Source: Vezdaea acicularis (Eukaryota). From it: a stretch of DNA of 44,155 bases. The translations under genes were made by a program, and so were the position numbers. Numbering within the stretch: position 1 is the first letter of the stretch; each line of letters begins with the position of its first letter. The stretch spans positions 1 through 44,155 of the forward strand of contig JAPEUI010000126.1 in NCBI GenBank assembly GCA_026025075.1, in the 5' to 3' direction. This document shows positions 11,719-23,784 of this stretch, one piece after another. Below the pieces are notes generated by a model. That model ran no database searches. It was not told the DNA's origin and saw only the letters and a list, made by a program, of their open reading frames with translations.

Positions 11719-12416
11719 GATGCCGCCAGTGATGGAGCAAGGCAATGGGACCGCCAAACTAGGTGAGGCGATGCTTTGGAGACGGCGGCCGATCCGTGGT
11801 TTGTCGTTTGTGGAGCCGCTTGTGCCGTCGTGCGCGATATTGTGCCCGATAGCCCCAAGCGAAGGTCTTGCCCTCACTCCAGTCGACCGATACGAAGAGC
11901 AGGAAGGTTCGTTGCCGGTGGCCGGGCGAGGTACGGCGGGAGAGCGACGATGAAGGTGGTGTTGCAGGGTCGAAGAAAGCGGAGAGGGCGGGTTTTGTTC
12001 TCTTCTCCCAGGATTTCGGGGGACCCTCTTTCGCTTGGCGGCGGCGGTCTGAAGGGCAGCGTCACCGTCGACCCACCGACAGCTGAAATGGCGGAGCGCG
12101 CGGGCGGCGAATGGAAGCGCGCCAGAAGAAAAAAAGCTGCTTCTGCCCGATCGGACGCGGATAGGGCGATACTCTCTCGGAAGCACCCTTTTTCCGGGCG
12201 CCAGCAGCCAGAGGAGCGCAAGGGAGAAATCGAGCGAATCGGTTTGCGCGGTGGAGGCGATGGCTGCGCGGTGGCGGGGGAATCGAGCGAGGCGTGCGGT
12301 GCTGGAGTAACGAGGAGGAGGAGGAGAGGAGGAAAGGAGGAAGAGGCGGTGGGGAGAGGACGGAGCAGGATTGGAAGTCGGAGAATGAAACTCGAGATTG
12401 GAAACGGCAGTGATGT

Positions 12417-12458
12417 TCAACAGCGCTCCTGAGGGGTACGATGGCGAGGCCGCTGCAT
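12417..12458 (-). promoter_or_regulatory. Candidate uORF (MQRPRHRTPQERC*) in the bHLH leader
   Basis: This is the only minus-strand ATG between 11719 and 12647. It opens 13 codons ending in TGA at 12419-12417. Confidence 0.45.
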
Positions 12459-12665
12459 GGAGTCTGGACTGAGGGAGGCCGCCGGTGCACGTTTCAACTC
12501 GCGGGTTTCTGGCGGGCGGTGAGCACGGAGCAGCGGAACGGACGACGGAGGCTGCAAATGGAGCGACGAGAAGTCGAGCGACGAGCGGCGAGAACGTGGA
12601 GGGCGAGGGCAGCGCGGATGCGACGGACGAATAAGAGAGAACTACAGCATGGGCCCCCCGTCTCC

Positions 12666-12675
12666 TTATTATATG
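12666..12675 (-). promoter_or_regulatory. Candidate TATA element of the bHLH gene
   Basis: Minus-strand CATATAATAA in GC-rich DNA, followed downstream by pyrimidine-rich tracts typical of fungal core promoters and leaders. Confidence 0.4.
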
Positions 12676-12745
12676 TGCGACGGCGGCTGCTGGCCAGTTC
12701 TGCCTATCGCCATATGAGACCGGCGAGGGACCATTTCGTTGCCTC

Positions 12746-12761
12746 CTCTCTCTCTCTCTCT
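12746..12761. repeat. (CT)n microsatellite
   Basis: About eight CT units read directly. Confidence 0.8.
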
Positions 12762-13247
12762 ATTCCTATCTCGCACCCTCTCGCCCTCACTCACTCACCC
12801 GCCCTCTCTCTGCTGCTATGCCCAGCTCCCCACCACCCAATTGCCGTTCGCCGTCACGCTCTTCTGTCTCATCGTGTTCGCCGTCAAAGCCTGATCGTCG
12901 ACCCAAACCCGCCTCGTCTCCCCTTCTACTCGGACGAAGGTGGGGGGAGTGCGGTACGGGCCCGGGTTGTTTTCGGTCGACTAGTCAGTCAGGAGCATGA
13001 TGGATCTGCCTGCGCGGCGACAGGCGGCAGGCTCGTGCAGCGCGTGGGAAAATCTGGAGTCGGACGACGTGCGGACTCGCAGGCTGATCGATTCGGACAT
13101 GGCGTGTGCGAGGTGGTGGTGTGCGGATTCATGCCGACTGGTGCCCTCAATTCAAGTTATTCATGGGTGGGCGGAGGGCCGCGGACAAGGGCATGGCCCT
13201 GCAAACAGTCGAAAGGAGGAAGCTTGGCCCCGAATACCCTAACCCCG

Positions 13248-13285
13248 TCGCACGCATCGCACGCAGTGCACGCATCGCGCACATC
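13248..13285. repeat. Degenerate 9-bp tandem repeat (TCGCACGCA, about 4 copies)
   Basis: tcgcacgca tcgcacgca gtgcacgca tcgcgcaca read directly. Confidence 0.6.
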
Positions 13286-14566
13286 GTCCGACTCCCTCGA
13301 ACCTCAAGTTGCCCGATGTGAGTCATTTAGTTGTCATTCTCGCCCTTCCCTTGCGGTCAGTTGCGCGTCGCGCGCGTGCAAGAGGGTGTCCTGAGGTACT
13401 TCGGTTCATGCTCGACTCCGTCCACGAACTTGTCATGGAACCTGCTCTGAACGGAAAACGTATCCGGCGCCGTTTCTCCCTTTGAGGCTTTCGTGTCTAT
13501 TCTGTCTATCCAGTCGGTGGTGTCGGTCCTGTCTTTCAAATGGCGTCGCCTGAGCGCTGGATCCGGCCACATCTGACCATATTGAAGGGCGCATGGTGGT
13601 GCGCAGCGATACCATACTCCCCTTCTATAATCGATAAACACGCGCACGGCCCCGCGTATCCCGGTCGCCAGGAGGGGCACGCAGGATGCAAATAGTTACG
13701 ATTGTGGTGCCCTCAATATTATGTGTCGTATTAGCCCGTCGCCCACACCACATCTCTCCGCATCTGCGTTCGATGGAGAGGCATGGAGAAGAGAGTGGCG
13801 TCGCTGGCGTCGCTGGGCCCTCTGAAACAGAACGGCCAACGCTCGGACCCGACGCGATGTGATAGGCCGAACAGGCGGAGGGTGATCGCCGGACGGGGAG
13901 ACGCGCGGGCCACGGCCACGCCGTCTTCCATCGACGACAACTCCATCTCTTATCCCGGAGCAGAGCAGACCAGAGCGTAGCAGGACATCGCAGAGCCCGT
14001 CTTGATCCCTTCACGTCTTCACCGTCAGTTGCCATCTCTCCGCGCGGCGGCTATCCGTACGCTAACCACTCGCCAGGTCTCATTCGTACCACCGCGATCT
14101 ATTCTCGAATATTGTCGTCATCCCATTCCCCAAGCTCAGATATCCAGCTTCGACGCAAGCTCGGCTTCACCCACACCCCTCGCTCAAGGGCTCACGAAGG
14201 ACGACGATCACAAGCCGGTCTAGCCCACCAACCTCCACACCATCGTGGGAGTCGCATGAGCGTCGAAACCCTTGCTCGATACTTGACACCGCCGTCACAC
14301 CCACCAGCGGTCCGACGGGCGGTCTCCGCATTCCTATCTTCCCAATCGCCGCACACGAACCCCAGCACGGCCACTCCGCATCATCTGCACGAAATACTCC
14401 CGCTCCCGCCACACAACCCGTCGCTGCAGCATCCGCGTTGATCTGCATCTGTCAACCTCAACCTCGATCGCGTAGAGGCCCGTGTCCCGCGCGTTCCACG
14501 ACAGATAGCTCGCCCCAGCCTGAACCAGACCCTGATTGAGGCGACGGCTTCTGCTCGGATAAGGAT

Positions 14567-15726
14567 ATGGCGTCTGCATCGTTTCGAGATTCGATGAACT
14601 CGCTCGGATGGGCCCGGAGAGATGCAGACGTACCAGTCAACACCTCCTCGTCCACGCCACTGCTATCGAAACTGCAATCACTAAATCCGTTTGGCAGCGG
14701 TGGCTACGTGAGGCTGCCGACCCACAACGATGGGCCTGGGGCACCATTACCTGCGCCCACGAGGAGAGAGGAGGAGGAAGGCTGGTTCGCATGTAAGTCC
14801 TCCCACCATCGAGGAGATATCATGACGCCGTTGAGACTCCTTTCGTCGCCCTCCGCACCATGTGACCCCCTTACCTCCGTCTGGAATGTCTGAGCATTTG
14901 GAATCAGAAGCTGATAGGGTCATCGTCATCACAGTGAGCAGATGGGACCGTCTATTGGTCTTCGGGGCGTGCAACGTCGGGGCGCTGGTCTGCTTCGTCC
15001 TCTGTTTCGCTCTGTTCCCTGTTCTATGGCTCAAGCCAAGCAAGTTTGCGACTCTGTAAGTGCCCCACGTGGTCCTTAGGACCGGAAGCTCCGGAAGCAA
15101 ACAGAATGGCATGGTGTTCCATGATGGGATTCCCGTTGATGACAGGAGAATCCCATACTCGTGGGTTGCATACGTCAAGAGCCCCAACAAGCCTCTCTGC
15201 TCACGTTCCCTTTTCTTCACGCGTGCCCCTCCACACCACCTCAGCCACCCCCCATTACACGAGCATGTGACTGATTTGTCTTGGCGTATTCTTAGGTGGA
15301 CATTTGGCTCGATCTTCTTCCTCGCGTCTTGGGCGGTCTTGATGGGCCCCTGGGCATATGCGAAACACCTGACCTCCGGCCCACGCCTGCCGTTCACGGC
15401 GGCATACTTTGGCTCCATTGGGCTGACGCTTTATTTTTCATTGGGCGTGAGTCGACGTTTCTTTTTGTTTTCGGGTTTTTGGTCTTGCAGCATGATTGCA
15501 TCACACCACGTCCCCTACAAACACGTTCAGGAACCGTACACTAACTTCAGCGGCCCGGTCCGCATCACCGCAGCTCCACAGCACCATCCTGACCCTCATC
15601 TCATCCATTGTCCAGCTCTGCTGCCTCCTATGGTATCTTGTAAGCTATTTCCCCATGGGTGGGACTGGTTTAAGGTTCGCAACGAGTCTTGGCGCGAGAA
15701 GGGCAGCAGCTTGGATGTCTGACTAA
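14567..15726 (+). CDS. SFT2: Golgi/endosome vesicle transport protein Sft2 (Got1/Sft2 family). Exons 14567-14792, 14935-15055, 15296-15446 and 15574-15726
   Basis: Spliced product contains EEGWFA|LSRWDRLLVFG, KPSKFATL|WTFGS, LMGPWAYAKHLTSGPRLPFT and WYLVSYFPMGGTG, with four hydrophobic segments and three GT-AG introns. Confidence 0.93.
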
Positions 15727-16534
15727 GCCGCGATTGGATTTTATGCAAAGCGCAGACATTGTAGCGTTCATGATCAGAATGGATAATATAGCATATAGGT
15801 CAATGCATCTTTGGCATGCGATCATGACGTCGTTTTTTGGATTTTGCCCTTCAACACTTGCATTTAATTGCTGCGTGTTTTTGCGCCTCTAGAAGCCCTG
15901 ACTCCAATTTTTTTGATTCCCGAGAGTGACCGCACAGCCAGCCTAGGCAAGCGAACGAAATTTTGCTCTTGCTCCAAATTCAAAGAGCCGACCAATGTCA
16001 CTCGCTCCTCACGACGCCCATCTCTTTACCGGCCTCTACTATCGACGTCACAATCAACCTTTGTGCTGTGTGCTCCATAACAAGATCTAAATTTTCATTC
16101 CTGTCATTACATAGACCAACACCGTGTTCCTCAGCCCATCAATTCAACACACTCATCCATATTTGATCCATTTCATTGCAGACTGGAGCGACCGAAAGGC
16201 GAACTCACTGCGCGATATTCTCCAAGCACCAGCTCCAACGACCAGCTCACACCTCACTCACGCATCGATATTGTCTCTTTTAACGAATAAATACGGATAA
16301 GGAGCTCATCGGCCTGGCGGATAACCAGTCGGTGTAGTGCGGGGAGGGCGAGGGCCGCTCACTCCGAACCGCAATAATTTGCCTTCTGGGCACCCATAAC
16401 GCTTTGACCGAGGACGCGAATTTCAAGTCTTCGAATAAACCAAAGGCCCACACACGCAGCTGCCGAGGTTTCGAGAGATCGATCGACTGTAGCGTCCGTC
16501 CCGTTCCTCACATAGATACTTCCTTTGGCCCGTC

Positions 16535-19500
16535 ATGTCGACAATCAATTCCGCTAAGTCGGTTGGCGACCTGACGCCCCCAACGACTGTCTTCTCGTAT
16601 GCCCAAGCTGCCAAAGGTAGACCTTCATCGGCGGCATCGCCCGCGCCATCTGGCAAAGGCTCCTCCGGCACAAACACTCCATTGAAGGAATCGGCTGGTG
16701 CGGAGAGGTCAGCTTCGACAAGCTCGGCTGACAGGAAGAGGAGTGGGGAAGCCGCAGATATGAGCTCTGTAACAAAGGAATCAACGCTTGAGGAGACGTC
16801 CAATGCTGCACAATCAAAACCCAAAGTTACCCCTAACACTAATCCCCAACAATCATCAGCCTCGGCAGATGCTTCTACGAAAGCTGAACAGCATGGTACG
16901 CTCACACCGCTCTCACCAAAAACCGAAGCTATCTCTGCACCGACCCCCGTTCAAGAAGGCGAGATTACCACAGTGCAAAAGGAGGCTCCTGATTTTATAG
17001 CGGAGAAGCGAGCAGAAGAATCCAGCAATGCCGATAAGAGCAGTGATCAGGAGCAGGTGGAGAAAGTGAAAGAAAAGTCAGAGGAGAAGGAAAAGCCTAG
17101 AGACTTAGTTGCTGCACCGGTGCCAACAGTGAATATCTGGACTCAACGTCGTGAGCAACAAGAAGCTTTGAAAGCTAAAGCAGCTGCCCAAACTCCAAAT
17201 TCTTCTCAGCAAGCTCTCAAAGTTCAGTCTCCAAACGAGACTACGAATGGCTCAGTTACCAGCAAGACACTCGGGGAAGTACCCGCAGACAATCGTAATG
17301 TCGAGTCAAAGAGAAAGCCAAAGACTGGTGGTACTGCCAATGTGGATTTTGAGAAGAGTACTTCACCACAGTCTAGTGGGAACGTGGGCAAAGGTGCTAA
17401 GAAGCCAGCCGAACCAACGTCAAGAGGTCGTGAAGAAGGTAAAGACCCCTTGATCATGTTACTGACCTCGTACTTCTCATTGTTCATCTTGTTAACATAC
17501 ATGCAGGCTTCAGGAAACCAAATCCGAAGTCCAAGACGCCTGGTGAAAAGGACAAGGATGCGGCTCAGATAACTGCTCCTCCAGCTGCAGCAGATGCGAC
17601 GGCTTGGCCAACTCCAGACACCGCACAAGATGAGGAGAAACGGAGAGCTCAGGGAAAGCCGGAAAAGACGGATAAGCCTGCAGCTTCTCGGCCTCATGGC
17701 AAAGAGAAATGGGTAACTGTGCCTTTCACCCCGACAGCCGTATTCAACACACCGTTACCAGCAACAAGAGGTCGTGGTGGCTCACGAGGAGGCAGGGGAG
17801 GCAGAGATGGAGGCGGAAGAGGAGGATCGCATACCGCAAATGGAAGCATTGGCGGTGAAAAGGGAGCTTTTGGTCCTAATACTCAAGGCGGTAATGCATC
17901 GATAGTAGAGAGTCCTGAGAGGGGCCGCGGTGAATCAGGTGGACTGCGAGCAGCATCACTTCCTCCAACTAAGTCATCGAAGCGATCTACAAGTGCTGGC
18001 CCCCCAGTCGCAAATCAGCAAAGAAAATATGTCACTCCGGTTCCTAATGAGAGGAGAAGAGAGGGTGATGCCATGTCTCTAAGAGACGGAGAGGCGCCTG
18101 CAGCATCATTTCCGTCATCAAACCGTCGCTCGTCTGCTACTACTCAAGGAGAAGGCTACTCGAAGTCACGGCAAGATTATAGACAGCCAACGAGGAGTGA
18201 GGCTAGAGGTTCAACAGCCACGCATCACTCTACATCAGAAAGGAACGACCGAAACCAGATGATGGGGTCTGAAGGCTATGGACTCTCTAGATCAGCAGGC
18301 CCTGAGCGCAGAAATGACAACCATAATCGTGGATCCGAGTACTCTCGAGACAGTAGCAGCTATGGGCAACCTCGCGAGCGAGGTGATGCTCGGGCCGAAC
18401 GTGGACGGGGTGGAAGCTACCGCTCCGGAAGGAACGGCAACACATACAACAACAACAACCAACAGCCCGCTCCTCTTACCTATCAGCCATATGTTCCGGC
18501 CCCACCTCCTAACACCGCCCCTTTCCCACCAACAAAGGCGGCGACGTACAGCCATGCCCAACAACAACCTCAAGGCTCACCCTATGGCAGTGGTCAGCCA
18601 CAGCCCCGACACTACCGCAACGGATCCCGGTCACAATCAATACCAGGCTCCGCAGTCTATGGGCAGTTTCCACGGGGTGGGCTTAATGCACCTCAGCAGA
18701 TTGCACCCATACAAACTGCAATAGGACCTGCATATGACTATCCAATGCAGACTATGAGCGCTATGCCATTTGCAAATGCGTCCGATTCCTACAATCTTGT
18801 TACAATGGTAGCGCTGCAACTGTAAGTCATCCCTAGCCTCATTTCTGATCGATATTGCTGACATCATGAAAGGGATTACTACTTCTCCGTTGACAATCTC
18901 TGCAAAGATCTCTATTTGCGGAAGCATATGGACTCACAAGGATTCGTGTTTCTCAGCGTCATAACGAATTTCAATCGTATACGTCAACTCAGTCAGGACC
19001 CAGAGCTGATCCGATTCTCTCTCATGCATACCAAGAACATAGAGTTCAGGGCTGGTCCAGATGGCCTTGATAGGTTACGTACACTACAGGGTTGGCAACA
19101 ATTTGTCTTGTCCATGGAAGAGAGAGATCCATCTGCTCAGAATGATGGCCCTTCCCAGCTCTTTCAGCCACGGGTTTATCCTCAAGGGCCTGAACCTGGT
19201 TATATGGTTGAACGCCAAGTCACATCGCCGTCTGAATACTCTGTTGTGGAACCGTATCAGGGGCCGTACCAAATGGGGCCTGGGTATTACCAAAGTGCGT
19301 CGGCACATCCCATCATGAACGGTGCTCCGAACGGCGATAATCAAATGAATCAAACCCCTCTTTCTGCTGCGGTGCCGGACTTCTCACCCGGAATGCTTCC
19401 AATCAATGGTAATGGTCTGAGTACTTTAGAAACGCCAAGACAAGAGAAAGTCGACTTCACGGATGCGGAGGTAGACAAGCTGTTGATCATCTATAGCCTT

Positions 19501-20286
19501 TCTCAATCTGATAAGAAGACGCCAGTGCCCTTCCGCCCAGTCTCACGAACATTCTCCAATGGCTCAGTCGACGCAAAAAACATTTCTGAGGAGCTACAAA
19601 AGCACGACCAAGCCCAGCAAGCCAATTTGACCAACGGCGACAGTCATTCGAATAGGTGAGTAGCCACAAGAAGTGAATTCGTAGTGCCATACTGATGCAT
19701 ATTCAGCTCCGAGAACGACAAGCACCAACGAGCATTCAGCCCTCCTGACCTGTCGTCCCCGACCAAGAGCCATATAAACAACAGCCCCACCGTACTTTGG
19801 ATAAAGGGTGGTGAAGAACAGCCAGCCACGACACTTCCTTCAGGCATGGCAACTCAACCGTATAATCATTTCCGTGAAAGTGCCCTACGTCAACGGAGTG
19901 AGTCTGGAAACCGACCGGGTCAAGCTCCTGATATGGTTGTCCTATTTGACTTTTGGACTCACTTCTTAATCAAAAACTTCAACCCGGCAATGTACGATGA
20001 GTTCCGCCGGATTGCTTTTGAGGATGCTTCACGTGGATGCTCAACTGTGGGATTGCAACAGCTGATCAACTTCTACGATGCGGCTTTGACAAACAAAACC
20101 AACACGATGTTGGATGAGGTCGCAATAGACTATGTTCAACTCGTAAAAAACGAAGACCCACACAAAGAACGTCCTGCATTTGCCAAGCTGCGGTCTGCTT
20201 GGCGTAATGGTGCACTCAACATGAAAAATCGAAAGAAGATTGATACCTTTGTCGATGGGGAGCTAAGGGCCGAGCTCGAGAGATAA
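16535..20286 (+). CDS. La-motif RNA-binding protein (Sro9/Slf1/LARP1-like). Exons 16535-17438, 17507-18821, 18873-19655 and 19707-20286
   Basis: La motif QL|DYYFSVDNLCKDLYLRKHMDSQGFVFLSVITNFNRIRQL. Also APVPTVNIW, AWPTP, KEKWVTVPF, RGG repeats and a helical C-terminal domain (LFDFWTHFLIKNFNPAMYDEFRRIAFEDA). Frames checked across the three introns. Confidence 0.9.
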
Positions 20287-21249
20287 TTTTCTCTTCACCT
20301 CGGCTTTCTTACAATCACTTCTACGGCAAGAACTCGAATGGCCACCTCATCCCGGTTGAAGCACTTGCTCGCTGCACCAATCCTTTTGCAAAGAGCTGAC
20401 TCCATATACCAGCTCTTGATGAGCTCCGATCCAAATATCTGAAATTCATATCTTGGGGCAACCGCGTCGGTTCAGACTGCACCCCCATGCACCATACCTG
20501 ACTTATTTCGGGTAATGGATGCACAAGAATCTATCTCTTCTCTGCGACATTTGCGTTTAGGGCCAACTTGCCAAAATGTCTCGTCATTGTTGGTCATAAA
20601 TCGATTTCATACATCAAACTTGCTGGACAGCCGCAAAAAAAGTACAAGCGTTGCTTTTTCTTGCAAAACGGCGCAGGATCATGGGTCGAATCGGGATTGG
20701 AGATTCTTCCGCGTTATCACGGCACGTACGACAGACATACACCTCGACTCGACTCGTCCATCACACATATTGGGGAGGCTCACAATTAGACCAGCTTTAC
20801 AAATTTTGCTCCCGAAAGCTACAGCCTTTCGACGACGGTACATCTTTGCGGTAGCCTCTGGGTATTTCTTTTGTTTCCTGTTCAACTCTCAAATCAAACT
20901 CTGGCATGGCGACTGATACTTCTCTGATGGCTTGCGGCTGGCTTCTGCGGCGCTTTTAGTGTGTGGCTGCTTATCATGTGGCATTGCTTTGAACACTCAT
21001 GCATCGTGTGCATTGATTGAACTACTCAAATAGACCAAAAAAACCAGATTGCTGTATAGTAATGATCAATGCTATGTGCTCGGATAGTGCAGGGAGTAGC
21101 TGGTCGTGTCGCATACGTGATGGAGTGACATATGGTGATAACAAAGTTTCTTTGAAAAGCTCAAATGGGCATTAAAGCACGAAAGGAGGCATTTCTTTCT
21201 GATTTAATCTGCATGCGCTGATGTTGGTCTGGGGAAATTCTTGATTATG

Positions 21250-21307
21250 AGCCAATGATTGGCTGGTAGCTCCAGGTTCTCCGTTATTCCCCGAACAGCA
21301 TCACGTG
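21250..21307. promoter_or_regulatory. Inverted CCAAT-box pair (AGCCAAT-G-ATTGGCT, 21250-21264) and E-box ATCACGTG (21300-21307)
   Basis: Both motifs read directly, about 85-145 bp upstream of the ATG at 21393. Function is inferred. Confidence 0.45.
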
Positions 21308-21392
21308 CGCAATATCGCCACCCCATCACAACTTCCACCTCAGCCTCTCTTCCCTCCCAAAGATACCATCGTGTTGAACTCACTTCCCCATC

Positions 21393-22866
21393 ATGGCGCC
21401 GTCTTCCGGCCCTCTCCTGGCTCCTATAGCCATGAGGGCAATTAGGTACCTTTATCCCATCTCGACCTTTAGAACGGGTCGCTAACGCATTGAATCATAG
21501 ACACGCCATCCGCCACGCCAACAACTTAGTCCGCACGCACATCCCCCGCCGTGCAGCAGTCGAGCAAGAACTGATCTTCGTCTGCGTCTCTCCGCGCCAG
21601 CCTACGCACCCTCTTGCCCTTTTCAAGCAGTCCAAAGCCCGCTTCCACAGCACCGTCCGTTACTTCAACTCAACCTCCAAGGCAACTGCCCGTCCTTCTC
21701 GTGCCTCCTTCCCCTCCTCCCGCATCGGTCGCGCTGTCAATAACCTCACAACACGTGCTCCCTTTGCGTCCACACTCCGCCCAAATCTGACAGGAGGCTG
21801 TCTTCCCCGTTCCGCGGGTGGCTACTCCCTCGGCGGGACACGCGTGGGGGGCGTACGGCACTTCAGTCACACGCCCGCCGCCCCGGCCCAAGTCATCAAC
21901 AACGTCTCTCAAGCTGTGCGGGCCTTCTGGCTCAGTGGGCAGAAAGCTCAATACGCAGGCTCCAGTTCACTCAATGAAAAGAAATACATTGCCGTGTCCC
22001 CATTCCGTGAGGAGGCGAGCCGCAAATTATCTTCAGCGTCCAAGCTCGCGCCTGGCTCGTACATCGACTTCACCGTCTCGCCGACCATCACAGCTGTCAG
22101 CTCTCTACCACGCTCGTTCGGCGGGATAGCCAAGGATGCATCCAGCAGTGTTGATAGTACCGAAAGTGAAGCCGAAGCAGGCCACCTGAACGCAGACGAC
22201 CTTCTCGATGTCCTCAGCAAGGACTTTGCGCGCCAGCTGCAACACCTTTGCGCCGTGCGCGCGGATCTGAAACGCCTCGCTGCTCTAGGCGACCTCCCAA
22301 TCGAGCTCATCAGCGATTCGACACTGAGAGTGAGATTTCCGGGTTGCGATGCACGCACCGTCGAGCGGTTAGCAGACGAGGTGGGAGTTTCCCGGGGGTT
22401 GGTCAGGCAGGATGAGCTGTTCGACGACCAGGCCACGAAAATGGCGCTGCTCTTCCCGTTCGCACCTGGTACCTCCTGCTCTGGCCCTTCGTCCCTCGAC
22501 TCCTTTGATATGCAACAGGAAAGTAGGGAAGAAGTGCACTGGCGAGAGATGCTCTCCCCCGCCGCCACTTCCCAGAGGTCTCTGCATAGTCTCGGTTCAT
22601 TCGTCGACGCTGCGGATCCGGAGACTGTGTTCCAGCCCGTCACCCCACAGAGCCATAATCCCTGGCTTGACCACTCGCCGGCTTCGCCGGATGGCTATGA
22701 GTCCTGGGCTGAGGCCGAGAGCGAGACGAGTACCGCCGACAAGTACTTTCAACCGCAGAACGTGCCTTTGAGTAGAGAGGAAGGGATGACGAGCAGCAAA
22801 GACTATGAGGGCTTGGAGGGCATTTACAGGTTCTGGGGGGAGTGCAATGGTGCGTTGGCAAGATAG
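21393..22866 (+). CDS. Uncharacterised fungal protein. Exons 21393-21445 and 21501-22866
   Basis: ATG at 21393 and intron 21446-21500 (GTACCT...CTAAC...TAG) join in frame to the 458-aa ORF. Conserved-looking blocks are RAPFASTLRPNLTGG, RHFSHTPAAPAQVINNVSQAVRAF, DLKRLAALGDLPI, LRVRFPGCDA and YEGLEGIYRF. I recall the family often carries an automated 'casein kinase II beta 2' label, but no CK2-beta motifs are visible. Confidence 0.82.
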
Positions 22867-23784
22867 AGAAAGCACAGGCGATTTCATTCGGGTGAAAGGA
22901 AATGTGGACTACGTATGGTGTTGTCGGGGAACAGGATATCCACACTCGTTTTGATGTTGTCTCCTTTGTTAGCTATTCAGATTTAGTGAACTTAAAGTAT
23001 TGACTATGCAGCAGTTCTCGGTCGAGTGAGACGCCTGGCAGCGCTGTTTGCAACGAGTGAGTATGACTTTTAAACTGAAATTGATTCAGTACGTCGCTGG
23101 ACTGCCTTGTACAAAAACGACTATGCCAGTAGGTACTAACAACATCCCCATCAATCACAGCATGGCCGTAAATCGAATTATCCCAATTAAAGTTCCAGCG
23201 GTCGTCCTCACAAAGCCCATTAGATGTCCCCAGTAGAGAAAAATGCTTTGATGGAGCCCTCGGTTCCAAAAATACCTCCCCCCCAGTGCGGCTGTCGCTT
23301 CTGATTGGGCGTTGCCGTGAGAACCCCCCCCCTAGCGAAGATCCCGCATCAACATCGTCGTCGGGTTATCCGAAAGCACGCTTGACGCAACTTCCAGGAT
23401 AGACCCTCGAAAACCCAACACCTACATACTACCCGTCGTTTCGTCGTTCGTTTTTGAGTCGCTGCTTCACAACATACTACCGTCTGTTGAGATTCGAGGA
23501 AGATTGATAGAGTGTGCGCGCGATTGTTGTTGGAGGTCTTGAGGTGATTTGATTCGGTTCGTCTGCTGCTGCTTTCTTTGCGGTAAATAAGTTGACTGAC
23601 GTAACGCTTGCTGAACAGCTGCCACGGCCCCAATGCGATTGTTTAGTCTTAGGACGGCCGACCCTTCACGACGCAGCAGATAAGCGTTACGTCTGCGACG
23701 AGCTTCACGGTCTTCTGAGCTTCGATACCAGAGAGCAGGCGCAGTTGGCGCGGGCGGGGCGACCGAGCAATCATCCAAGCAAGA

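Noticed and set aside
12441..13394. 317-aa ATG-initiated plus-strand ORF
   Set aside because: No recognisable domain; it runs through a CT microsatellite and the probable bHLH promoter, so it is likely a chance ORF in GC-rich DNA.
15137..15274. TGATGA...CTGA pair in SFT2 intron 2 as an intronic C/D snoRNA
   Set aside because: The CTGA coincides with the CTGAT branch site, and I saw no terminal stem or recognisable rRNA guide.
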